This document shows positions 38,870 to 46,142 of a DNA stretch of 64,000 nucleotides, one piece after another. Below the pieces are notes generated by a model. It ran no database searches, was not told where the DNA came from, and was given only the letters and a program-made list of their open reading frames with translations. Both the position numbers and the translations under genes were made by a program. The DNA comes from an uncultured Eubacteriales bacterium (GTDB taxonomy: Bacteria > Bacillota > Clostridia > Oscillospirales > CAG-272). The stretch spans positions 17,077 through 81,076 of the forward strand of contig URPL01000002.1 in NCBI GenBank assembly GCA_900549725.1. The letters are read 5' to 3'. Positions within the stretch are counted from its first letter, which is position 1; each line of letters begins with the position of its first letter.

Positions 38870-39287
38870 CCGCTTCCTCCTGCCCCGCAAGAGATGCCTG
38901 CGCCTCTGCGGCGTCGCGGGCGTCCGCCGCGCGCAGCGATTCCTCCACGCCGTGCAAAAGGGCGGAAATTTTCGCGCCGTGCGCCATGGAGCCATCCTCA
39001 AGGAAGCTCAGCTCCGGGGTAATGCGCAGATTGAGCTTTGCGGCAAGGCAGCGGCGGATATAGCCCGCCGCGCTGTAAAGCCCCTGCTTTATCGCTTTGT
39101 GATCAATCGGCTTTCCCTGCTCCATCACGGAATAATAAATTTTTGCGTATTTCAGGTCCGGCGTTACGGAGCAATGCGTAACGCTGATGAAGTTGCGGGC
39201 AATGCGCGGGTCCTTGATATTGCGCAGAATGATCGCCATTTCATTTGTAAATTGTTCGTTGATGCGGTCGATGCGATAATTTCCCAT
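38847..39287 (-). CDS. rbfA: Ribosome-binding factor A (with acidic C-terminal tail)
   Basis: The start MGNYRIDRINEQF follows GGGAGA. The RbfA pattern DPRI...ISVTHCSVTPDLKYAKIYYS...LNLRITPELSF is present. Confidence 0.9.
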   Translation of the reverse strand: MGNYRIDRINEQFTNEMAIILRNIKDPRIARNFISVTHCSVTPDLKYAKIYYSVMEQGKPIDHKAIKQGLYSAAGYIRRCLAAKLNLRITPELSFLEDGSMAHGAKISALLHGVEESLRAADARDAAEAQASLAGQEEADDETFSV

Positions 39288-39291
39288 AGTG

Positions 39292-39813
39292 TTATTCTCC
39301 CGTAAAATCGCCCGAAAGCCGCGCAAGAATCAGCGCGCTGCAGGCGGTTGCTGTTTTTTGATCGTTTAATACAAACAAAGTGCTCTCTCCGCCCGATTGC
39401 CGCAGAGAAAGGCAGCGCCCATGCGCCGAGCAGGCTTCAAGGCGATTATAGTGATATTCAAGGCGTGTCGGCGGCTGCTGCTCCGCGGAAAAGAAAACAA
39501 TGCCGCGCGCAAAGAGATAGAGCCTGCCGCCGGGCAGTCGACGGCTGTGCCGAATGTATTCCTGCTTTTGGGACGGGGGCACAATCCGCTCTCGGCACTG
39601 CACCGTGTGCAGAATCGGCTCGGAAAAGGATTGTTCAAGTTCGCGGTAACGGCGGCTGATGCGGGAAAGAAGAGGATAGGATGCGCCCGCGCAGAAAATG
39701 CCGAAGCACCCGCCGGCACCGATACAAAAGCGTTGCTGCGCATTCGTGCAAAGGCGCAGCGCAAAAAACAGGGCAAGACCGAGGCACAGCCCGATGCAAA
39801 GGTTCTTTCGCAC
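39292..39813 (-). CDS. Hypothetical small membrane protein (two predicted TM helices plus an approximately 105-aa soluble domain)
   Basis: The GTG start at 39813 (VRKNLCIGLCLGLALFFALRLC...) is chosen so the ORF does not overlap the acetyltransferase. Hydrophobic segments are NLCIGLCLGLALFFALRLC and FCIGAGGCFGIFCAGASYPLL. The C-terminal part (GRLYLFARGIVFFS...) loosely resembles a bacterial PH/GRAM-like pattern. No family was recognised with certainty. Confidence 0.45.
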   Translation of the reverse strand: MRKNLCIGLCLGLALFFALRLCTNAQQRFCIGAGGCFGIFCAGASYPLLSRISRRYRELEQSFSEPILHTVQCRERIVPPSQKQEYIRHSRRLPGGRLYLFARGIVFFSAEQQPPTRLEYHYNRLEACSAHGRCLSLRQSGGESTLFVLNDQKTATACSALILARLSGDFTGE

Positions 39814-39833
39814 CTCGCCCGTTCCTTTGCCGC

Positions 39834-40433
39834 TCACCGAAGGCTCTCGCCTGGCGCGGTGCGATATTTCTCGCGGTCCTTTTCCGTGAGCTTTCGGATT
39901 ACGCGGCAGGGGTTGCCCGCCGCAAGCACGCCGGCGGGAATATCGCGCAGAACGACGCTGCCGCAGCCGATGACGGCGTTGTCCCCGATGGTAACGCCGC
40001 CGATGATGGTTGTGCTGCCGCCGATCCATACCCCGTTTCCGATGGTGACCGGAAAGGCGTATTCCAGACCGTCGCGCCGCTGCTGCGGGTCAAACGGGTG
40101 CCCTGCGGCATAAATGCTGACATTGGGGGCAATGAGCACATTATCGCCGATGCGGACCATATTCCCGTCCAAAACGATAAAATTATAGTTGGCAAAAAAG
40201 TTTTCGCCCACCTCGATATGATAGCCGTAATCGCATTTGAACGGCGGCAGAATGTCTACCTTTTCTCCCGTTTTGCCGAGGATTTTTTTGATGGCTGCCG
40301 TGCGCTCCTCCAAATGGGAGGGCGGAATTTTGTTGTATTCAAACACGGCGTCCTGAATTTTGTAGCGGTGCTTTACAAGCTCTCCGCTCGGCAGGTAAAG
40401 ATAGCCTGCCTCCATTTTTTCTTTTTCCGTCAT
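39834..40433 (-). CDS. Sugar O-acetyltransferase (Maa/LacA-type, hexapeptide left-handed beta-helix)
   Basis: An N-terminal Mac-like segment (MEAGYLYLP...) and hexapeptide repeats (IGDNVLIAPNVSIY, IGNGVWIGGSTTIIGGVTIGDNAVIGCGSVV) are present. The ATG overlaps the stop of the upstream helicase (ATGA). Confidence 0.85.
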   Translation of the reverse strand: MTEKEKMEAGYLYLPSGELVKHRYKIQDAVFEYNKIPPSHLEERTAAIKKILGKTGEKVDILPPFKCDYGYHIEVGENFFANYNFIVLDGNMVRIGDNVLIAPNVSIYAAGHPFDPQQRRDGLEYAFPVTIGNGVWIGGSTTIIGGVTIGDNAVIGCGSVVLRDIPAGVLAAGNPCRVIRKLTEKDREKYRTAPGESLR

Positions 40434-42700
40434 TTGGCTTGCTCCTGCTCTGTTTTTGTTTTTTCCTGTTCCGCGCGCATACGCTTCAGTGCCGCAGCCG
40501 CTGCGGCCGGGTCCAACCGGTCGAGCGCAAATGCTTTTTTCAAAAGCGCTGCGGGAATCATGGGGTCGTATTTTTCAAAAATCGGCGTTTCTCCGGCGCC
40601 GATCAGGCTTTGCGGGTCGATGCCGTTTTCGGAAAGGCTGCACAGCGTATCAAAAAAGTGCGCCGCGGCGCCGTCCTCCAGCCGAAACACCATAAAGTAG
40701 CATCCCTCATACGAAAGATTGGAAAGCCCGAGCCCGGCGGCATGGGCTTTCAGATAGCGGCGCAGCGTGCGGAAGGCGCGTGTGCCGAGCCATGGAAACA
40801 GCGCATAGCTCATGCCGCCCAGCGACAGCAGCGGTTTTTGCGCAAGATGCGTTGCGCGGGCGAGGGCTCTTGCCGTGCGCAGGCGTGCCATGGCGTTTTC
40901 TTTCAGATAGGGATATTCGGTATCCTCCAACAGGATTTGGCGCATGCGCTGCACGATTTTGGTGTGCACCTCGCCGTAGTCGCCCGGCCAGGAAACTTCC
41001 ATTTTTCCGGGCACGCTTTTCACAAAGACAAGCTTGCGCCCCACATCCAGCTCCGTGACCTCCCAAACGCGCCCCGCCAGGGCGAAACGGTCGCCGACGG
41101 GCACGGGCGAGGTGATCGTGCCGATTTCGTCCGATTCGCATCGCACGGAAAATTCGGCGTTTTGGTCGCGAAAGACGGCAAAAAAGCGGAAATTGTTGAT
41201 CAGCTTTTCGCCGCGCAGCCCGAGAATCAGCCCCTTTTCCTCCGTCATTTCAAGATAATCCGATGCAATCATGCCGATCAGCAAAGCCTTGTAATCGGCG
41301 GGGTCGATGTGTTCAAAGGGCGGCAGGGTCAACACGCGCTGCGCAAGCGCACGCGGGCTGAGCTCCCCGCAGGCGCCGAGCACGGAAAGCGTTTGATGAA
41401 ACAGCAGGCTCAGCGGCATCTTGCGCGTGCGCGGGGGTTCTATGAATTGCTCCTCCAGCGTCAGCTGCACCAGCGCAATGCCGCGCAGAAGATTCCAGGG
41501 AATCAGCTGCGGCAGGGGCGTCTCCGGTGTCGGGTTTTCTTCCCGAAAGACCATCATCATCTCGGGCGGCGCGCCGCGGCGGCCGCTGCGCCCCAGGCGC
41601 TGCAAAAATGAGGAGACGGAGTGCGGAGCTTCGGCCTGCATCACGCGGTCGAGCCGCCCGATATCAACGCCGAGCTCCAGGGTGACCGTGGCGCAGGTGA
41701 CGATGTTTTGCGCATCATCCTTCATTTTTGCTTCCGCTTCCTCCCGCAGCGCGGCGGAGAGATTTCCGTGGTGGATCAAAAAGCGGTCCGGCTCGCCCCG
41801 CCTTGCCGCAATCTGCCGCAGCGTGGCGGTGAGAAATTCCGTTTCTTCGCGGGAATTGGAAAACACAAGCGCTTTTTTCTCTTTCACGCAGGCATAGATA
41901 TATTCATAGCCCGCGTCGATCGCCGCTCGCTGCTCCGTTTTGCCGGAAAGCGGCGCCGATTGATCCGGCGCGTCGTTTTGTACAAAGAAATGCTCCATGC
42001 CAAGGCGAATGCGCCGATGCGCCTCTGCTGTGTCCGGGTGCTGCACGGCTATATCCGTGCCCCCCGCAAGCCAGCGCGCCGCGAGCTGCGGCTCGCCCAT
42101 GGTGGCGCTTAGCCCGATGCGGCGCGGGGTATGCCCGATCAGGCGCGCAATGCGGCAGAGCTGGCAGAGGATCTGATCGCCGCGGTCGGAACCCATGAGC
42201 GCATGAATCTCATCAATCACCACAAAGCGCAGATCGCAAAATAATCTGTAGATATCGTTCGGACGGCGCAAAAGCATTGCCTCCAGGCTTTCCGGGGTGA
42301 TTTGCAGAATGCCGCGCGGACAGCGCAAAAGCGCCTCTTTTTGAGAGGAGGGCACATCTCCGTGCCAATGCGTTACGGGAATGCCCGATTCGTCGAGCAG
42401 GGTCTCCATGCGGTAAAACTGATCGTTGATCAGGCTTTTCAGCGGCGCAATATAGAGGCAGCCGATACTCTGCGACGGGTCCTCCCAAAGCATAGTCAGA
42501 ATCGGGAAAAACACGGCCTCCGTTTTGCCCGAGGCGGTGGAGCCGGAAAGCAGTAAATGGTCCTCGCTCTCAAACAGGACCCGCGCCGCCGCCGTTTGTA
42601 CGGCGCGCAGCTCCGCCCAATTCTGCCGATAGATAAAATCCTGCACAAAGGGAGCGTAGCGGTCAAAAAGAGCCCCTTGTGCCATAGCTTCGTTTGACAA
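40430..42700 (-). CDS. Superfamily-2 DEAD/DEAH-box helicase, Lhr-like (BrxHI-like)
   Basis: The TTG start at 42700 is preceded by GGAGGA with 7-nt spacing. Helicase motifs are I (GSTASGKTEA), II (VVIDEIHAL), III (LSATMG) and VI (FLQRLGRSGRRG). The protein is 756 aa, with a large C-terminal domain as in Lhr-core proteins. Confidence 0.85.
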   Translation of the reverse strand: MSNEAMAQGALFDRYAPFVQDFIYRQNWAELRAVQTAAARVLFESEDHLLLSGSTASGKTEAVFFPILTMLWEDPSQSIGCLYIAPLKSLINDQFYRMETLLDESGIPVTHWHGDVPSSQKEALLRCPRGILQITPESLEAMLLRRPNDIYRLFCDLRFVVIDEIHALMGSDRGDQILCQLCRIARLIGHTPRRIGLSATMGEPQLAARWLAGGTDIAVQHPDTAEAHRRIRLGMEHFFVQNDAPDQSAPLSGKTEQRAAIDAGYEYIYACVKEKKALVFSNSREETEFLTATLRQIAARRGEPDRFLIHHGNLSAALREEAEAKMKDDAQNIVTCATVTLELGVDIGRLDRVMQAEAPHSVSSFLQRLGRSGRRGAPPEMMMVFREENPTPETPLPQLIPWNLLRGIALVQLTLEEQFIEPPRTRKMPLSLLFHQTLSVLGACGELSPRALAQRVLTLPPFEHIDPADYKALLIGMIASDYLEMTEEKGLILGLRGEKLINNFRFFAVFRDQNAEFSVRCESDEIGTITSPVPVGDRFALAGRVWEVTELDVGRKLVFVKSVPGKMEVSWPGDYGEVHTKIVQRMRQILLEDTEYPYLKENAMARLRTARALARATHLAQKPLLSLGGMSYALFPWLGTRAFRTLRRYLKAHAAGLGLSNLSYEGCYFMVFRLEDGAAAHFFDTLCSLSENGIDPQSLIGAGETPIFEKYDPMIPAALLKKAFALDRLDPAAAAAALKRMRAEQEKTKTEQEQAK

Positions 42701-42741
42701 CGGTTTGTCCTCCGTTCCTCGGTGATGTTTCCGGTCGGCGC

Positions 42742-44094
42742 TTAAAAGTCTAAATCGGCAAAGGTGACGGTGCTCTTCTCCTGCGGCGCTGCCGATGCGG
42801 GCGTTTCCTTTGCGTCCTGCTCTTCTTCTCCCGGCGCTGCATGGGCAAGGGTCACGGTCTTTTGCACAATGCTTTCATAGGTGGCATCCGGGTTTTGATA
42901 AAGCAAATTGAGCACGGCGCAGAAATCGCGCAGGATTTCGCGCGGGGTGATCATGGTGTCGGCGCCGGCGCGGGCAAGGCAAAGAGACACAAAATCTTCG
43001 AGCTCGGCATCGCTCAGGCGCACCTGCCAGCCGTAATATTCTCCGTGCAGCCGCGCCATGCGCTGCACCAGCGCCAAAAGCTCGTCGTCGCTCAGGCGCT
43101 TTAATCGAATCACGGGAGAGAGCATGTCCACATAGCCGCCGGCGGAAAAGCGGTCGTCACACAGGCGGCTTTTGAGCGCGTCATAGCTGTAAAGCCCGCG
43201 CCGCTCGTCCTCCAGAAAACGCGGCGTTCCGCCGAGCAGCAGCATCAGGTGCTGCGCTTTGCCCTGCAGGGTGTCGTTGAACATGGAAAGAATTTTTTCA
43301 TAGTTGTTTTCCCGGCTTTGGCGATTTGCAATTTTATAAAGATTTACACATTCATCGATCATGACCACAAAGCCGCGATAGCCGATCTTTGCAAAAAAGA
43401 CAGCCCAAAGCTTGAGATAATCATACCAGTTGTCGTCTCCGATCACGGCGTTGACCGCAAGGGAGGCCTTGGCTTCGCTTCTTGTACGGGTTTCGCCGCG
43501 CAGCCAGCGCAGCGCCGCTGCGCGGGTTTCGTCGTCGCCGTCGCGATCGGCTTTATAATATGCGCTCAGAACCGCGCCGAAATCAAAGCCGCCGATCTGT
43601 GTCTGCAGCTGCTGCAAAACGGCGAAAATTTTTCGGTTTACCGCGTCCGAAAATTCCACAGTGCACGGCGCAAAGCCTGCCGCGGCCGCCTCGCTTTGCA
43701 GCGCGGAAAACCATTTAGCAAGCACGACCGTGAGCGCGCCGCCCTCTGCGGCGGTTTTTTCGGAGAGGTTTCGGATCAGCTCGCGATAGGTCGCCAGCCC
43801 TCCGCCGTTTGATGCGCAGAGTCTGCGCTCAGGCGAGAGATCGCAATCGGCGCAGACGAAGCCCTGCTCCAGCGCATAGCCGCGCAAAAGCTGCATCAGA
43901 AAGCTTTTACCGCTGCCGTATTTTCCGATGAGAAAGCGCATGGAGGCGCCACCCTCGGAAATCAGTGAGAGATCGCGGCAAAGAGCCTGCATTTCCGCGC
44001 CGCGCCCGATGGCAAGATATGCGGCGCCCGTGCGCGGCACAACTCCTGCGCCGACCGAGGCGAGCAGGGCGGAAAGAATTCGTTTCGGTATCAT
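42742..44094 (-). CDS. P-loop ATPase, DUF2791 / BrxD-like
   Basis: Walker A GKYGSGKSFL and Walker B VVMIDECVNLY are present. The length (450 aa) and the N-terminal VP..G...LAIGR..E...L..DL...EGG.S.RFLIG pattern match what I remember of PF10923 proteins. The assignment was made by eye only. Confidence 0.65.
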   Translation of the reverse strand: MIPKRILSALLASVGAGVVPRTGAAYLAIGRGAEMQALCRDLSLISEGGASMRFLIGKYGSGKSFLMQLLRGYALEQGFVCADCDLSPERRLCASNGGGLATYRELIRNLSEKTAAEGGALTVVLAKWFSALQSEAAAAGFAPCTVEFSDAVNRKIFAVLQQLQTQIGGFDFGAVLSAYYKADRDGDDETRAAALRWLRGETRTRSEAKASLAVNAVIGDDNWYDYLKLWAVFFAKIGYRGFVVMIDECVNLYKIANRQSRENNYEKILSMFNDTLQGKAQHLMLLLGGTPRFLEDERRGLYSYDALKSRLCDDRFSAGGYVDMLSPVIRLKRLSDDELLALVQRMARLHGEYYGWQVRLSDAELEDFVSLCLARAGADTMITPREILRDFCAVLNLLYQNPDATYESIVQKTVTLAHAAPGEEEQDAKETPASAAPQEKSTVTFADLDF

Positions 44095-44136
44095 GATGCA
44101 GCCTACCCCCTGATTTTTGAAAGCTTTGTTTCATTA

Positions 44137-44165
44137 TAGTATACCACACCGCATGCCCACGGTCA
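44137..44165 (-). promoter_or_regulatory. Strong sigma-A-type promoter for the ATPase-helicase operon
   Basis: The minus strand reads TTGACC (44165-44160), a 17-nt spacer, then TATACT (44142-44137) with an upstream TG. A second overlapping TATAAT follows. Confidence 0.55.
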
Positions 44166-44206
44166 ACGCGAAAATGCGATTTTCCCGCCGAAATTGCGGA
44201 AGGCTC

Positions 44207-44235
44207 TTGACGCGGTGCGATTTGCGTGCTATGAT
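44207..44235 (+). promoter_or_regulatory. Sigma-A-type promoter for the cysteine desulfurase gene (divergent from the promoter at 44137-44165)
   Basis: TTGACG (44207-44212), a 17-nt spacer, then TATGAT (44230-44235). Confidence 0.5.
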
Positions 44236-44293
44236 GTGCTGTAATACGGCGCCCTTGGCGGTGCCGATCTTTGATTTTTTCGAGAGGCATACC

Positions 44294-45484
44294 ATGAAAC
44301 GGACGGTGTACGCGGATCATGCGGCGACTGCCCCGCTGCGCCCCGAGGCGCTTGCGGCAATGCTGCCGTTTTTCTCCGATGAATTTGCAAATCCATCCTC
44401 TCTGCACTCCCCGGGGGAGCGGGCGGCAAAAGCAGTGCGCGCGGCGCGTGCCGAGATGGCGGCGGTGCTTGACTGTGCACCGGGCGAGGTTGTATTTACA
44501 AGCGGCGGAACCGAGAGCGATAACCTTGCGCTGCACAGCGCGGCACAGGCGGGGCGGCGCGCCGGCAGGACGCATCTGATTGTCAGCGGCGTTGAGCATC
44601 ATGCGGTGCTGCGGGCGGCGGAAGAGCTGCAAAGACAGGGCTTTTCCCTGAGCGTTTTGCCTGTGGACGGCGACGGGCGCGTGTCGGTGGAGGCTCTGCG
44701 TACTGCGCTGCGCCCCGATACGGCGCTGGTCAGCATCATGACGGCAAATAATGAAATCGGCACGGTGCAGCCCATTGCCGCGCTTTCCCGCGTTTGCGCG
44801 GCGGCGGGCGTTCCGTTTCATACGGACGCGGTGCAGGCTGTCGGGCATTTGCCGCTTTCCTTTGCGGCGCTCGGGGGCGATTATCTTTCGCTCAGCGCGC
44901 ATAAATTCGGCGGACCGAAGGGCGTCGGTGCGCTGCTTGTCCGCAAAGGAGCCCCGTTTGTTCCGCTTTTGCGCGGCGGCGCTCAGGAACGAGGGCGCAG
45001 AGCGGGGACGGAGAATGTGCCGGGAATCCTCGGCATGTCAAAGGCGCTTTCCTGCGCGGCGGCGGAGCAGGAGCCGGAAAGCAAGCGGCTTGCGGGACTG
45101 GGAAAAAAGCTCTGCCGCGGAATCGCCGAGATTCCGCATGTGAAGCTCAACGGCGGCGGCGAGCGGCTCCCGGGGATTGTTTCCGTTTGCTTTGAGGGAA
45201 TTGAGGGGGAATCGCTTCTTTTGATGCTGGATAACGAGGGCATCTGCGCCTCCGCGGGTTCCGCCTGCGCCTCCGGCTCACTGGAGCCGAGCCATGTGCT
45301 CACGGCGATCGGTGTCCCTCCGCAGCTTGCACTCGGCGCTTTGCGCCTTTCCCTCGGTGCCTTGACGACCGAAGCGGACATCGACCGTATTTTGCAGGTG
45401 CTGCCGCCGCTTGTGGCGCATCTGCGGGAATTTTCTCCGCTTTGGGCTGAACTTTGCGCCGGAACAAAGCCGCACCTTGCCTGA
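44294..45484 (+). CDS. Cysteine desulfurase, NifS/IscS family (class V aminotransferase)
   Basis: YADHAATAP, TSGGTESDN, the PLP-lysine region SLSAHKFGGPKG and the active-site loop SAGSACASG are present. The ATG at 44294 follows GAGAGG. Confidence 0.9.
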   Translation: MKRTVYADHAATAPLRPEALAAMLPFFSDEFANPSSLHSPGERAAKAVRAARAEMAAVLDCAPGEVVFTSGGTESDNLALHSAAQAGRRAGRTHLIVSGVEHHAVLRAAEELQRQGFSLSVLPVDGDGRVSVEALRTALRPDTALVSIMTANNEIGTVQPIAALSRVCAAAGVPFHTDAVQAVGHLPLSFAALGGDYLSLSAHKFGGPKGVGALLVRKGAPFVPLLRGGAQERGRRAGTENVPGILGMSKALSCAAAEQEPESKRLAGLGKKLCRGIAEIPHVKLNGGGERLPGIVSVCFEGIEGESLLLMLDNEGICASAGSACASGSLEPSHVLTAIGVPPQLALGALRLSLGALTTEADIDRILQVLPPLVAHLREFSPLWAELCAGTKPHLA

Positions 45485-45487
45485 ATT

Positions 45488-45503
45488 GTTTCACGTGAAA
45501 CAT
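45488..45503. repeat. Perfect 16-bp palindrome TGTTTCACGTGAAACA, copy 1
   Basis: It was read directly from the sequence and lies 4 nt after the desulfurase stop codon. Confidence 0.9.
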
Positions 45504-45529
45504 ACGCCTTGTGCGATTGATGATAAAAA

Positions 45530-45574
45530 TGAGAAACAGCTCTGCGCCAAGCATGTGGCACAGAGCTGTTTCTC
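45530..45574 (-). terminator. Rho-independent terminator after the SLOG/DUF1273 gene
   Basis: GAGAAACAGCTCTG (45530-45543) pairs perfectly with CAGAGCTGTTTCTC (45561-45574). On the minus strand the stem is followed by ATTTTTATC. Confidence 0.6.
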
Positions 45575-45576
45575 TG

Positions 45577-46068
45577 TTAAAAAGGTTCGCCCGGCAGACC
45601 GGCTGTCAGGATGATTTCTTTTCCAAGGGCACGCGCATAGCGGACGGTATGCCCTGTTCCGCTGCGCGAACGGTTATAGAATGCTACACAGACTGCGCTG
45701 CGCTCCACCAAAGCATTGTCGCGTCTGAGAAATGTTTCACGTGAAACAAAGTCGCTTTCACACAAAAATTCGACGGTATCGGCTGCGCACAAAACTGCAT
45801 TGTAACGAGCCCGCCATTCGCGCGTCCACCGTTTTTGCTGATTGCGGCAAGGCAGAAGCATGCAGAGGCGGAGCTCCGGCAGCTGCGCGCGCAGCGCAAG
45901 AACCGCCTCGGCAGCCATGAGATCAAACCCCATTGCGCCGCCGCTGTAAAAGAAGCGAAAGCCTCGCGCATAAAGCGAGCGGATCTGCTGCGGCAGCCAG
46001 GTATTGAGATACAGGCGGTTTGCCTCATGCATGACGCGGTGCCCGGTAAAGCAGACGGAATGCTCCAT
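45577..46068 (-). CDS. SLOG-superfamily protein, DUF1273 / YpsA-like
   Basis: The 163-aa ORF starts CFTGHR and contains F..GGA.GFD..AAE..L patterns (FYSGGAMGFDLMAAEAVL) and GTGHTV, typical of DUF1273 from memory. Confidence 0.7.
   Translation of the reverse strand: MEHSVCFTGHRVMHEANRLYLNTWLPQQIRSLYARGFRFFYSGGAMGFDLMAAEAVLALRAQLPELRLCMLLPCRNQQKRWTREWRARYNAVLCAADTVEFLCESDFVSRETFLRRDNALVERSAVCVAFYNRSRSGTGHTVRYARALGKEIILTAGLPGEPF
45733..45748. repeat. Perfect 16-bp palindrome TGTTTCACGTGAAACA, copy 2 (inside the DUF1273 coding region)
   Basis: It was read directly from the sequence and encodes FVSRETF on the minus strand. Confidence 0.9.
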
Positions 46069-46142
46069 GCCCTTTCCCCCTTCGTGTTGCCAAAGGCAAG
46101 CTGTTTTCGCTGCCCGCGATTTTGAGATGCGTGCTTTGCGGG

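Noticed and set aside
44242-44293. A leader hairpin (CGGCGCC-cttggc-GGTGCCG) plus a T-rich run upstream of the desulfurase gene, as a possible transcription attenuator.
   Set aside because: The stem is only 7 bp including a G-U pair. The T-run is interrupted (ATCTTTGATTTTTT) and not contiguous with the stem. There is no alternative antiterminator. The evidence is too weak to call.
45488-45748. The TGTTTCACGTGAAACA palindromes as Rex operators (rex is in the window) or as cre/Cra-type sites.
   Set aside because: Rex boxes have the half-site order TGTGAA-N-TTCACA and cre/Cra have TGAAAC-GTTTCA. Here the order is inverted (TTTCAC-GTGAAA). One copy is also intragenic and at the 3' ends of genes, not at promoters.
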